DNA from: Squalus acanthias
Lineage: Eukaryota
Direction: 5' to 3'
NCBI GenBank assembly: GCA_030390025.1
Contig: JASTWF010000035.1
Coordinates: 4,216,001-4,280,000 of the forward strand
Length of the DNA stretch: 64,000 nt
Part shown: positions 1-14,505 of the stretch, piece by piece
Numbering within the stretch: the first letter of the stretch is position 1
Layout of the letters: each line of letters starts with the position of its first letter
The notes under the pieces: generated by a model
The model's database searches: none
What the model was told of the DNA's origin: nothing
What the model saw: only the letters and a program-made list of their open reading frames with translations
Position numbers and translations under genes: made by a program

Positions 1-2549
1 TCTGTTTACACAGAATCTCCCGCTCTGTTTACACAGAATCTCCCGCTCTGTTTACACAGAATCTCCCGCTCTGTTTACACAGAATCTCCCGCTCTGTTTA
101 CACAGAATCTCCCGCTCTGTTTACACAGAATCTCCCGCTCTGTTTACACAGAATCTCCCGCTCTGTTTACACAGAATCTCCCGCTCTGTTTACACAGAAT
201 CTCCCGCTCTGTTTACACAGAATCTCCCGCTCTGTTTACACAGAATCTCCCGCTCTGTTTACACAGAATCTCCCGCTCTGTTTACTCACAGAATCTCCCG
301 CTCTGTTTACACAGAATCTCCCGCTCTGTTTACACAGAATCTCCCGCTCTGTTTACACAGAATCTCCCGCTCTGTTTACACAGAATCTCCCGCTCTGTTT
401 ACACAGAATCTCCCGCTCTGTTTACACAGAATCTCCCGCCTCTGTTTACACAGAATCTCCCGCTCTGTTTACACAGAATCTCCCGCTCTGTTTACACAGA
501 ATCTCCCGCTCTGTTTACACAGAATCTCCCGCTCTGTTTACTCACAGAATCTCCCGCTCTGTTTACACAGAATCTCCCGCTCTGTTTACACAGAATCTCC
601 CGCTCTGTTTACACAGAATCTCCCGCTCTGTTTACACAGAATCTCCCGCCCTGTTTACACAGAATCTCCCGCTCTGTTTACACAGAATCTCCCGCTCTGT
701 TTACACAGAATCTCCCGCTCTGTTTACACAGAATCTCCCGCCCTGTTTACACAGAATCTCCCGCTCTGTTTACACAGAATCTCCCGCTCTGTTTACACAG
801 AATCTCCCGCTCTGTTTACACAGAATCTCCCGCTCTGTTTACACAGAATCTCCCGCTCTGTTTACACAGAATCTCCCGCTCTGTTTACACAGAATCTCCC
901 GCTCTGTTTACACAGAATCTCCCGCTCTGTTTACACAGAATCTCCCGCCCTGTTTACACAGAATCTCCCGCCCTGTTTACACAGAATCTCCCGCTCTGTT
1001 TACACAGAATCTCCCGCCCTGTTTACACAGAATCTCCCGCTCTGTTTACACAGAATCTCCCGCCCTGTTTACACAGAATCTCCCGCTCTGTTTACACAGA
1101 ATCTCCCGCTCTGTTTACACAGAATCTCCCGCTCTGTTTACACAGAATCTCCCGCTCTGTTTACACAGAATCTCCCGCTCTGTTTACACAGAATCTCCCG
1201 CTCTGTTTACACAGAATCTCCCGCTCTGTTTACACAGAATCTCCCGCTCTGTTTACACAGAATCTCCCGCTCTGTTTACACAGAATCTCCCGCTCTGTTT
1301 ACACAGAATCTCCCGCTCTGTTTACACAGAATCTCCCGCTCTGTTTACACAGAATCTCCCGCTCTGTTTACACAGAATCTCCCGCTCTGTTTACACAGAA
1401 TCTCCCGCTCTGTTTACACAGAATCTCCCGCTCTGTTTACACAGAATCTCCCGCTCTGTTTACACAGAATCTCCCGCTCTGTTTACACAGAATCTCCCGC
1501 TCTGTTTACACAGAATCTCCCGCTCTGTTTACACAGAATCTCCCGCTCTGTTTACACAGAATCTCCCGCTCTGTTTACACAGAATCTCCCGCCCTGTTTA
1601 CACAGAATCTCCCGCTCTGTTTACACAGAATCTCCCGCTCTGTTTACACAGAATCTCCCGCTCTGTTTACACAGAATCTCCCGCTCTGTTTACACAGAAT
1701 CTCCCGCTCTGTTTACACAGAATCTCCCGCTCTGTTTACACAGAATCTCCCGCTCTGTTTACACAGAATCTCCCGCTCTGTTTACACAGAATCTCCCGCT
1801 CTGTTTACACAGAATCTCCCGCTCTGTTTACACAGAATCTCCCGCTCTGTTTACACAGAATCTCCCGCTCTGTTTACACAGAATCTCCCGCTCTGTTTAC
1901 ACAGAATCTCCCGCTCTGTTTACCACAGAATCTCCCGCTCTGTTTACACAGAATCTCCCGCTCTGTTTACACAGAATCTCCCGCTCTGTTTACACAGAAT
2001 CTCCCGCTCTGTTTACACAGAATCTCCCGCTCTGTTTACACAGAATCTCCCGCCCTGTTTACACAGAATCTCCCGCTCTGTTTACACAGAATCTCCCGCT
2101 CTGTTTACACAGAATCTCCCGCTCTGTTTACACAGAATCTCCCGCTCTGTTTACACAGAATCTCCCGCTCTGTTTACACAGAATCTCCCGCTCTGTTTAC
2201 ACAGAATCTCCCGCTCTGTTTACACAGAATCTCCCGCTCTGTTTACACAGAATCTCCCGCTCTGTTTACACAGAATCTCCCGCTCTGTTTACACAGAATC
2301 TCCCGCTCTGTTTACACAGAATCTCCCGCTCTGTTTACACAGAATCTCCCGCTCTGTTTACACAGAATCTCCCGCTCTGTTTACACAGAATCTCCCGCTC
2401 TGTTTACACAGAATCTCCCGCTCTGTTTACACAGAATCTCCCGCTCTGTTTACACAGAATCTCCCGCTCTGTTTACACAGAATCTCCCGCTCTGTTTACA
2501 CAGAATCTCCCGCTCTGTTTACACAGAATCTCCCGCTCTGTTTACACAG
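1..2549. repeat. 23-bp minisatellite (TCTGTTTACACAGAATCTCCCGC)n, about 110 near-identical copies
   Basis: Read directly; rare variants (cgccctg, ttactcac); runs into the gap. Confidence 0.97.
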
Positions 2550-2749
2550 NNNNNNNNNNNNNNNNNNNNNNNNNNNNNNNNNNNNNNNNNNNNNNNNNNN
2601 NNNNNNNNNNNNNNNNNNNNNNNNNNNNNNNNNNNNNNNNNNNNNNNNNNNNNNNNNNNNNNNNNNNNNNNNNNNNNNNNNNNNNNNNNNNNNNNNNNNN
2701 NNNNNNNNNNNNNNNNNNNNNNNNNNNNNNNNNNNNNNNNNNNNNNNNN
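2550..2749. other. Assembly gap (200 N)
   Basis: Run of N between two different satellites. Confidence 0.99.
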
Positions 2750-5700
2750 CACAGACACTGACTCTCACTGGGGTACAGTTCCACACACACTGACTCTCAC
2801 TGGGGTACGGGTTCCACAGACACTGACTCTCACTGGGGTACAGTTCCACAGACACTGACTTTCATTGGGGTACAGTTGCACAGGCTCTGACTCTCACTGG
2901 AATACAGTTACACAGACACTGACTCTCACTGGGGTACAGGCTCCACAGACACTGACTCTCACTGGGGTACGGGTTCCACAGGCACTGACTCTCACTGAGG
3001 TACGGGTTCCACAGTAAATGACTCTCACTGGGGTATGGGTTCCACAGGCACTGACTCTCACTGGGGTACAGTTCCACAGACACTGACTCTCACTGGGGTA
3101 CAGTTCCGCAGACACTGACTCTCACTGGGGTACAGTTCCACAGGCTCTGACTCTCACTGGGATACAGTTCCACAGACACTGACTCTCACTGGGGTACGGG
3201 TTCCACAGACACTGACTCTCACTGGGGTATGGGTTCCACAGGCACTGACTCTCACTGGGGTACAGTTCCACAGGCTCTGACTCTCACTGGGATACAGCTC
3301 CACAAACACTGACTCTCACTGGGGTACAGTTCCACACACACTGACTCTCACTGGGGTACGGGTTCCACAGACATTGACTCTCACTGGGCTTCCGTTCCCA
3401 CACACACTGACTCTCACTTGGGTACGGGTTCGACAGACACTGACTCTCACTGGGGTACGGATTCCACAGGCACTGACTCTCACTGGGGTACAGTTCCACA
3501 GGCACTGACTCTCACTGGGGTACAGTTCCCCAGACACTGACTCTCACTGGGGTACGGGTTCCACACACTGACTTTCACTGGTGTACGTGTTCCACAGGCA
3601 CTGACTCTCACTGGGGTACAGTTCCACAGGCACTGACTCTCACTGGGGTACGGGTTCCACAGACACTGACTCTCACTGGGCTACCGTTCCACAGACACTG
3701 ACTCTCATTGGGGTACAGTTCCACAGACACTGACTCTCATTGGGGTACAGTTCCACAGACACTGACTCTCATTGGGGTACAGTTCCACAGACACTGACTC
3801 TCATTGGGGTACAGTTCCACAGACACTGACTCTCATTGGGGTACAGGTTCCGCAGACACTGACTCTCACTGGGGTATGGGTTCCACAGACAATGACTCTC
3901 ACTGGGCTCCCGTTCCACAGACACTGACTCTCATTGGGGAACAGTTCCACAGACACTGACTCTCACTGGGGTACAGGCTCCACAGACACTGACTCTCACT
4001 GGGGTACGGGTTCCACAGACAATGACTCTCACTGGGGTACGGGTTCCACAGACACTGACTCTCACTCGGGTACAGTTCCACAGACACTGACTCTCACTGG
4101 GGTACGAGTTCCACAGACATTGACTCTCACTGGGGTACGGGTTCCACAGACATTGACTCTCACTGGGGTACGGATCCCACACACACTGTCTCTCACTGGG
4201 GTATGGGTCCCAAACACACTGAATCTCACTTGGGTACGGGTTCCACAGACACTGACTCTCACTGGGGTACAGTTCCACACACACTGACTCTCACTGGGGT
4301 ACGGGTTCCACAGACACTGACTCTCACTGGGGTACAGTTCCACACACACTGACTCTCAATAGGGTACAGTTCCACAAACACTGACTCTCACTGGGGTACA
4401 GTTCCACAGACACTGACTGTCACTGGGGTACGGGTTCCACAGATACTGACCCTCACTGGGGTATGGGTTCTGCAGACACTGACTCTCACTGGGGTACAGT
4501 TCCACAGACACTGACTCTCACTGGGATACGGGTCCCACACACACTGACTCTCACTTGGGTACGGGTTCCACAGACACTGACTTTCACTGGGGTGCAGTTC
4601 CACACACACTGACTCTCACTGGGGTACAGACACTGACTCTCACTGGGGTACAGTTCCACACACACTGACTCTCACTGGGGTACAGTTCCACAAACACTGA
4701 CTCTCACTGGGGTACGGGTTCCAGAGATACTGACTCTCACTGGGGTACGGATTCCACAGACATTGACTCTCACTGGGGTACGGGTTCCACAGACACTGAC
4801 TCTCACTGGGGTACGGGTTTCACAGACACTGACTCTCACTGAGGTATGGGTTGCACAGACACTGACTCTCACTGGGGTACAGTTCCACAGACACTGACTC
4901 TCACTGGGGTACAGGTTCCACAGACATTGACTCTCACTGGGATACGGGTCCCACACACACTGACTCTCACTTGGGTACGGGTTCCACAGACACTGACTTT
5001 CACTGGGGTGCAGTTCCACACACACTGACTCTCACTGGGGTACAGACACTGACTCTCACTGGGGTACAGTTCCACACACACTGACTCTCACTGGGGTACA
5101 GTTCCACAAACACTGACTCTCACTGGGGTACGGGTTCCAGAGATACTGACTCTCACTGGGGTACGGATTCCACAGACATTGACTCTCACTGGGGTACGGG
5201 TTGCACAGACACTGACTCTCACTGGGGTACGGGTTTCACAGACACTGACTCTCACTGAGGTATGGGTTGCACAGACACTGACTCTCACTGGGGTACAGTT
5301 CCACAGACACTGACTCTCACTGGGGTACGGGTTCCACAGATACTGACCCTCACTGGGGTACGGGTTCCACAGACACTGACTCTCACTGGGGTACAGTTCC
5401 ACAGACACTGACTCTCACTGGGGTACGGGTTCCACAGACATTGGCTCTCAGTGGGGTACGGGTTCCACAGACATTGACTCTCACTGGGGTACGGATCCCA
5501 CACACACTGACTCTCACTGGGGTATGGGTCCCAAACACACTGACTCTCACTGGGGTACAGGTTCCACAGATACTGACTCTCACTGGGGTACGGGTTCCAC
5601 AGACACTGACTCTCACTGGGGTACAGTTCCACAGACACTGACTCTCACTGGGGTACGGGTTCCACAGACATTGACTCTCACTGGGGTACGGGTTCCACAG

Positions 5701-8700
5701 ACATTGACTCTCACTGGGATACGGGTCCCACACACACTGACTCTCACTGGGGTACGGGTTCCACAGACACTGACTCTCACTGGGGTGCAGTTCCACAGAT
5801 ACTGACTCTCACTGGGGTACGGGTTCCACAGACACTGACTCTCAATGGGGTACAGTTCCACAAACACTGACTCTCACTGGGGTACAGTTCCACAGACACT
5901 GACTCTCACTGGGGTACAGACACTGACTCTCACTGGGGTACAGTTCCACACACACTGACTCTCACTGGGGTACAGTTCCACAGACACTGACTCTCACTGG
6001 GGTACGGGTTCCACAGACATTGACTCTCACTGGGGTACGGGTTCCACAGACATTGACTCTCACTGGGTTACGGGTCCCACACACACTGACTCTCACTGGG
6101 GTATGGGTCCCACACACACTGACTCTCACTTGGGTACGGGTTCCACAGACACTGAATCTCACTGGGGTACGGGTTCCAGAGACACCGACTCTCACTGGGG
6201 TACAGTTCCACACACACTGACTCTCACTGGGGTACGGGTTCCACAGACACTGACTTTCACTGGGGTGCAGTTCCACACACACTGACTCTCACTGGGGTAC
6301 GGGTTCCACAGACATTGACTCTCACTGGGGTACGGGTTCCACAGACATTGACTCTCACTGGGATACGTGTCCCACACACACTGACTCTCACTGGTGTACG
6401 GGTTCCACAGACACTGAATTTCACTGGGGTGCAGTTCCACACACACTGACTCTCACTGGGGTACAGACACTGACTCTCACTGGGGTACAGTTCCACACAC
6501 ACTGACTCTCACTGGGGCACAGTTCCACAAACACTGACTCTCACTGGGGTACGGGTTCCACAGATGCTGACTCTCACTGGGGTACGGGTTCCACAGACAC
6601 TGACTCTCACTGGGGTACGGGTTTCACAGACACTGACTCTCACTGAGGTATGGGTTGCACAGACACTGACTCTCACTGGGGTACAGTTCCACACACACTG
6701 ACTCTCACTGGGGTACGGGTTCCACAGACACTGACTCTCACTGGGGTACAGTTCCACAGACACTGACTCTCAGTGGGGTACAGACACTGACTCTCACTGG
6801 GGTACAGTTCCACACACACTGACTCTCACTGGGGTACAGTTCCACACACACTGACTCTCACTGGGGTTTGGGTCCCACACACACTGACTCTCACTTTGGT
6901 ACGGGTTCCACAGACACTGACTCTCACTGGGGTACGGGTTCCACAGGCACTGACTCTCACTGGGGTACAGTTCCACACACACTGACTCTCACTGGGGTAC
7001 AGTTCCACAGACACTGACTCTCAGTGGGGTACAGACACTGACTCTCACTGGGGTACAGTTCCACAGGCACTGACTCTCACTGGGGTACAGTTCCACAGGC
7101 ACTGACTCTCCCTGGGGTACGCGTTCCCCAGACACTGACTCTCACTGGAGTACAGTTCCACACACATTGGCTCTCACTGTGGTATAGTTCCACACACACT
7201 GACTCTCACTCGGGTACAGTTCCACACACACTGGCTCTCACTGGGGTACGGGTTCCACACACACTGACTCTCACTGGGGTACCGGTTCCACAGACACTGA
7301 CTCTCATTGGGGAATGGGTTCCACACACACTGACTCTCACTGGGGTACGGGTTCCACAGACACTGACTCTCAATGGGGTACGGGTTCCACACACACTGAC
7401 TCTCACTGGGGTACGGGTTCCACAGACACTGACTCTCACTGGGGTACGGGTTCCACAGACACTGACTCTCACTGGGGTACAGTTCCACAGGCACTGACTC
7501 TCACTGGGGTACGGGATCCCCAGACACTGACTCTCACTGGGGTACGGGTTCCACACACTGACTCTCACTGGGGTACAGTTCCACACACACTGGCTCTCAC
7601 TGGGGTACGGGTTCCACACACACTGACTCTCACTGGGGTACGGGTTCCACAGACACTGACTCTCATTGGGGTACGGGTTCCACACACACTGACTCTCACT
7701 GGGGTACGGGTTCCACAGACACTGACTCTCACTGGGGAATGGGTTCCACAGACACTGACTCTCACTGGGGTACAGATTCCACACACACTGACTCTCACTG
7801 GGGTACGGGTTCCACACAAACTGACTTTCACTGGGGTACGGGTTCCACAGGCACTGACTCTCACTGGGGTACAGTTCCACAGACACTGACTCTCACTGGG
7901 GTACAGTTCCACACACACTGACTCTCAATGGGCTACAGTTCCACAAACACTGACTCTCACTGGAGTACAGTTCCACAGACACTGACTCTCACTGGGGTAC
8001 AGACACTGACTCTCACTGGGGTACAGTTCCACACACACTGACTCTCACTGGGGTACAGTTCCGCACACACTGACACTCACTGGGGTACGGGTTCCACAGA
8101 CATTGACTCTCACTGGGGTACGGGTTCCACAGACACTGACTCTCACTGGGGAACGGGTTCCACAGGCACTGACTCTCACTGGGGTACAGTTCCACAGGCA
8201 CTGACTCTCACTGGTGTACAGTTCCACAGGCACTGACTCTCACTGGGGTACGGGTTCCACAGACACTGACTCTCACTGGGGTACGGGTTCCACACACACT
8301 GGCTCTCACTATGGTATAGTTCCACACACACTGACTCTCACTCGGGTACAGTTCCACACACACTGGCTCTCACTGGGGTACGGGTTCCACACACACTGAC
8401 TCTCACTGGGGTACGGGTTCCACAGACATTGACTCTCATTGGGGTACGGGTTCCACTCACACTGACTCTCACTGGGGTACGGGTTCCACACACACTGACT
8501 CTCACTGGGGTACGGGTTCCACAGACACTGACTCTCACTGGGGAATGGGTTCCACAGACACTGACTCTCACTGGGCTACAGATTCCACACACACTGACTC
8601 TCACTGGGGTACGGGTTCCACACACACTGACTTTCACTGGGGTACGAGTTCCACAGGCACTGACTCTCACTGGGGTACAGTTCCACAGGCACTGACTCAC

Positions 8701-11700
8701 ACTGGGGTACAGTTCCACAGACACTGACTCTCACTGGGGTACGGTTTCCACACACACTGACTTTCACTGGGGTACGGGTTCCACAGGCACTGACTCTCAC
8801 TGGGGTACAGTTCCACAGACACTGACTCTCACTGGGGTATAGTTCCACAGACACTGTCTCTCACTGGGGTACGGGTTCCACAGACACTGACTCTCACTGG
8901 GGAATGGGTTCCACAGACACTGACTCTCACTGGGTGCAGTTCCACAGACACTGACTCTCACTGAGGTACAGATTCCACACACACTGACTCTCACTGGGGT
9001 ACAGTTCCACAGACATTGACTCTCACTGGGGTACGGGTCCCACACACACTGACTCTCACTGGGGTATGGGTCCCACACACACTGACTCTCACTTAGGTAC
9101 GGGTTCCACAGACACTGACTCTCACTGGGGTACGGGTTCCACAGACACTGACTCTCACTGGGGTACAGTTCCACACACACTGACTCTCACTGGGGTACGG
9201 GTTCCACAGACACTGACTCTCACTGGGGTACAGTTCCACACACACTGACTCTCAATGGGGTACAGTTCCACAAACACTGACTCTCAATGGGGTACAGTTC
9301 CACAAACACTGACTCTCACTGGGGTACAGTTCCACAGACACTGACTCTCACTGGGGTACAGACACTGACTCTCACTGGGGTACAGTTCCACACACACTGA
9401 CTCTCACTGGGGTACAGTTCCACAGACACTGACTCTCACTGGGGTACGCGTTCCAGAGACACTGACTCTCATTGTGGTACGGGTTCCGCAGACATTGACT
9501 CTCACTGGGGTGCGGGTTCCACAGACACTGACTCTCACTGGGGTACGGGTTCCACAGACACTGACTCTCACTGGGGTACGGGTTTCACAGACACTGACTC
9601 TCACTGAGGTATGGGTTCCACAGGCACTGACTCTCACTGGGCTACAGTTCCACAGACACTGACTCTCACTCGGGTACGGGTCCCACACACACTGACTCTC
9701 ACTGGGGTACGGGTTCCACAGACATTAACTCTCACTGGGGTACTGGTTCCACAAACACTGACTCTGACTGGGGTACCAGTTCCACAGGCACTGACTCACT
9801 GGGGTACGGGTTCCAGAGACACTGACTCTCACTGGGGTACGGGTTCCACAGAGACTGTCTCTCACTGGGGTACGAGTTCCACAGACACTGACTCTCACTG
9901 GGGTACGGGTTCCACAGACATTGACTCTCACTGGGGTACGGGTTCCAAAGACATTGACTCTCACTGGGTTACGGGTCCCACACACACTGACTCTCACTGG
10001 GGTATGGGTCCCACACACACTGACTCTCACTTGGGTACGGGTTCCACAGACACTGACTCTCACTGGGGTACGGGTTCCAGAGACACCGACTCTTACTGGG
10101 GTACAGTTCCACACACACTGACTCTCACTGGGGTACAGTTCCACAGACACTGACTCTCACTGGGGTACGGGTTCCACACACACTGACTCTCACTGGGGTA
10201 CAGTTCCACACACACTGACTCTCACTGGGGTACGGGTTCCACAGACATTGACTCTCACTGGGGTACGGGTTCCACAGACACTGACTCTCACTGGGGAACG
10301 GGTTCCACAGGCACTGACTCTCACTGGGGTACAGTTCCACAGGCACTGACTCTCACTGGTGTACAGTTCCACAGGCACTGACTCTCACTGGGGTACGGGT
10401 TCCACAGACACTGACTCTCACTGGGGTACGGGTTCCACACACACTGACTCTCACTGGGGTACGGGTTCCACACACACTGGCTCTCACTGTGGTACGGGTT
10501 CCACACACACTGACTCTCACTCGGTTACAGTTCCACACACACTGGCTCTCACTGGGGTACGGGTTCCACACACACTGACTCTCAATGGGGTACGGGTTCC
10601 ACAGACAGTGACTCTCATTGGGGTACGGGTTCCACACACACTGACTCTCACTGGGGTACGGGTTCCACACACACTGACTCTCACTGGGGTACGGGTTCCA
10701 CAGACACTGACTCTCACTGGGGAATGGGTTCCACAGACACTGACTCTCACTGGGCTACAGATTCCACACACACTGACTCTCACTGGGGTACGGGTTCCAC
10801 ACACACTGACTTTCACTGGGGTACGGGTTCCACAGGCACTGACTCTCACTGGGGTACAGTTTCACAGGCACTGACTCACACTGGGGTACAGTTCCACAGA
10901 CACTGACTCTCACTGGGGTACGGTTTCCACACACACTGACTTTCACTGGGGTACGGGTTCCACAGGCACTGACTCTCACTGGGGTACAGTTCCACAGACA
11001 CTGACTCTCACTGGGGTATAGTTCCACAGACACTGACTCTCACTGGGGTACGGGTTCCACAGACACTGACTCTCACTGGGGAATGGGTTCCACAGACACT
11101 GACTCTCACTGAGGTACAGATTCCACACACACTGACTCTCACTGGGGTACAGTTCCACAGACATTGACTCTCACTGGGGTACGGGTCCCACACACACTGA
11201 CTCTCACTGGGGTATGGGTCCCACACACACTGACTCTCACTTAGGTACGGGTTCCACAGACACTGACTCTCACTGGGGTACGGGTTCCACAGACACTGAC
11301 TCTCACTGGGGTACAGTTCCACACACACTGACTCTCACTGGGGTACGGGTTCCACAGACACTGACTCTCACTGGGGTACAGTTCCACACACACTGACTCT
11401 CAATGGGGTACAGTTCCACAAACACTGACTCTCACTGGGGTACAGTTCCACAGACACTGACTCTCACTGGGGTACAGACACTGACTCTCACTGGGGTACA
11501 GTTCCACACACACTGACTCTCACTGGGGTACAGTTCCACAGACACTGACTCTCACTGGGGTACACGTTCCAGAGACACTGACTCTCACTGTGGTACGGGT
11601 TCCGCAGACATTGACTCTCACTGGGGTACGGGTTCCACAGACACTGACTCTCACTGGGGTACGGGTTCCACAGACACTGACTCTCACTGGGGTACGGGTT

Positions 11701-13526
11701 TCACAGACACTGACTCTCACTGAGGTATGGGTTCCACAGACACTGACTCTCACTGGGGTACAGTTCCACAGACACTGACTCTCACTCGGGTACGGGTCCC
11801 ACACACACTGACTCTCACTGGGGTACGGGTTCCACAGACATTAACTCTCACTGGGGTACTGGTTCCACAAACACTGACTCTCACTGGGGTACCAGTTCCA
11901 CAGGCACTGACTCACTGGGGTACGGGTTCCAGAGACACTGACTCTCACTGGGGTACGGGTTCCACAGAGACTGTCTCTCACTGGGGTACGGGTTCCACAG
12001 ACATTGACTCTCACTGGGGTACGGGTTCCACAGACATTGACTCTCACTAGTTTACGGGTCCCACACACACTGACTCTCACTGGGGTGTGGGTCCCACACA
12101 CACTGACTCTCACTTGGGTACGGTTTCCACAGACACTGACTCTCACTTGGGTACGGGTTCCACAGACACTGACTCTCACTGGGGTACGGGTTCCACAGAC
12201 ACTGACTCTCACTGGGGTACAGTTCCACACACACTGACTCTCACTGGGGTACGGGTTCCACAGACACTGACTCTCACTGGGGTACAGTTCCACACACACT
12301 GACTCTCAATGGGGTACAGTTCCACAAACACTGACTCCCACTGGGGTACAGTTCCACAGACACTGACTCTCACTGGGGTACAGACACTGACTCTCACTGG
12401 GGTACAGTTCCACACACACTGACTCTCACTGGGGTACAGTTCCACACACACTGACTCTCACTGGGGTACGGGTTCCAGAGACATTGACTCTCACTGGGGT
12501 ACGGGTTTCACAGACACTGACTCTCACTGAGGTATGGGTTCCACAGACACTGACTCTCACTGCGGTACAGTTCCACAGACACTGACTCTCACTCGGGTAC
12601 GGGTCACACACACACTGACTCTCACTGGGGTGCGGGTTCCACAGACATTGAATCTCACTGGGGTACGGGTTCCACAAACACTGACTCTCACTGGGGTACC
12701 AGTTCCACAGGCACTGACTCACTGGGGTACGGGTTCCAGAGACACTGACTCTCACTGGGGTACAGTTCCACAGACACTGACTCTCACTGGGGTACGGGTT
12801 CCACAGACATTGACTCTCACTGGGGTACGGGTTCCACAGACATTGACTCTCACTGGGTTACGGGTCCCACACACACTGACTCTCACTGGGGTATGGGTCC
12901 CACACACACTGACTCTCACTTGGGTACGGGTTCCACAGACACTGACTCTCACTGGGGTACGGATTCCACAGACATTGACTCTCACTGGGGTACGGGTTCC
13001 ACAGACATTGACTCTCACTGGGGTACGGGTTCCACAGACATTGACTCTCACTGGGTTACGGGTCCCACACACACTGACTCTCACTGGGGTATGGGTCCCA
13101 CACACACTGACTCTCACTGGGGTACGGGTTCCAGAGACACCGACTCTCACTGGGGTACAGTTCCACACACACTGACTCTCACTGGGGTACAGTTCCACAG
13201 ACACTGACTCTCACTGAGGTATGGGTTCCACAGACACTGACTCTCACTGGGGTACAGTTCCACACACACTGACTCTCACTGGGGTACAGTTCCACACACA
13301 CTGACTCTCACTGGGGTACAGTTCCACACACACTGACTCTCACTGGGGTACGGGTTCCACAGACACTGACTCTCACTGGAGTACGGGTTCCACAGACATT
13401 GACTCTCACTGGGGTACGGGTTCCACCGACACTGACTCTCACTGGGGTACGGGTTCCACCGACACTGACTCTCACTGGGGTACGGGTTCCACCGACACTG
13501 ACTCTCACTGGGGTATAGACACTGAT
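2750..13526. repeat. 32/33-bp minisatellite (CACAGACACTGACTCTCACTGGGGTAC[A/GG]GTTC)n, about 10.8 kb
   Basis: Read directly; interspersed 32-, 33- and occasional 24-bp units; source of the PSESQC/TPVRVS pseudo-ORFs. Confidence 0.97.
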
Positions 13527-14032
13527 TCTCGGGTCATTTTCCAGTTGGCAGGCTGTAACTAGTGGGTGCCGCAAGGATCAGTGCTGGGGCCTCAGCTATT
13601 TACAATCTATATCAATGACCTAGATGAAGGGACCGAGTGTAATGTATCCAAGTTTGCTGATGATACAAGGTTGGCACAGTAAGGTGTGAGGAGGACAGAA
13701 GAGCCTTCAAAGGGATATGGACAGGTTAAGTGAGTGGGCAGTAGGGTGGCAGATGGAGTATAATGTGGGGAAATGTGAGGTTATTCACTTTGGTAGGAAG
13801 AATAGAAAAACAGAATATTTTTTAAATGGTGAGAAACTATTAAATGTTGGTGTTCAGGAACATTTAGGTGTCCTCATACAGGAAACAGAGTTAGCATATA
13901 GGTACAGCAAGCAATTAGGAAGGCAAATGGCGTGTTGGCCTTTATTGAGAGGGGGTTGGAGTACAAGAGTCAGGAAGTCTTGCTACAATTGTACAGGGTC
14001 TTGGTGAGACCACACCTGGAGTACTGTGTCCA
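13527..14032 (+). mobile_element. CR1 LINE reverse-transcriptase fragment, degenerate
   Basis: Encodes [31 protein letters not shown] and [11 protein letters not shown] with frameshifts. Confidence 0.92.
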
Positions 14033-14270
14033 GTCTCGGGGCCGGGTCAGTGTCCAGTCTCGGGGCCAGGTCAGTGTCCAGTCTCGGGGCCGGGGCCGGG
14101 TCAGTGTCCAGTCTCGGGGCCGGGTCAGTGTCCAGTCTCGGGGCCAGGTCAGTGTCCAGTCTTGGGGCCGGGTCAGTGTCCAGTCTCGGGGCCGGGTCAG
14201 TGTCCAGTCTCAGGGCCGGGTCAGTGTCCAGTCTCGGGGCCGGAGTGGATCCCGCAGTGTCCAGTCTCCT
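14027..14270. repeat. 24-bp tandem repeat (GTGTCCAGTCTCGGGGCCGGGTCA)n, about 9-10 copies
   Basis: Read directly; starts at the CR1 GTGTCCAG. Confidence 0.92.
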
Positions 14271-14425
14271 GTATCTTGGGTATGATTAATGCCTGTTGAG
14301 TGAGCAGGATTGTAGACTGCAGGCTGGGTGAGCTGGTGATGAATGGGATGTTGAGCGCGGTGATACAGGAGTGCTGCAGATTTCATGCTCTTCCTCTGAT
14401 GCACAATTTTCTTCCTCATTTCCAG

Positions 14426-14505
14426 ATCTGACTCGGGGAGACCGGGTTGTCCTGTACTGGCTGGGACCGGCTCAGAGCAAGCGAGAGGTAACCGCAGAAA
14501 ACCAG
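14426..14505 (+). CDS. ADAM33: ADAM33-like exon (approx. exon 2), N-terminal prodomain, 80 nt
   Basis: Acceptor ttttcttcctcatttccag, donor CAG|gtcagt; phase 1 to phase 0; [27 protein letters not shown]; in phase with the next exon. Weakest sequence conservation of the six. Confidence 0.75.

Noticed and set aside
2750..13526. CRISPR-like array (32-33 bp period; also the 29-bp and 33-bp arrays)
   Set aside because: Units are head-to-tail with no unique spacers, no cas genes, and the context is vertebrate.
1..14425. Signal-peptide exon 1 of the ADAM gene
   Set aside because: No ATG-initiated hydrophobic exon with a phase-1 donor found; presumably upstream of the window or in the gap.
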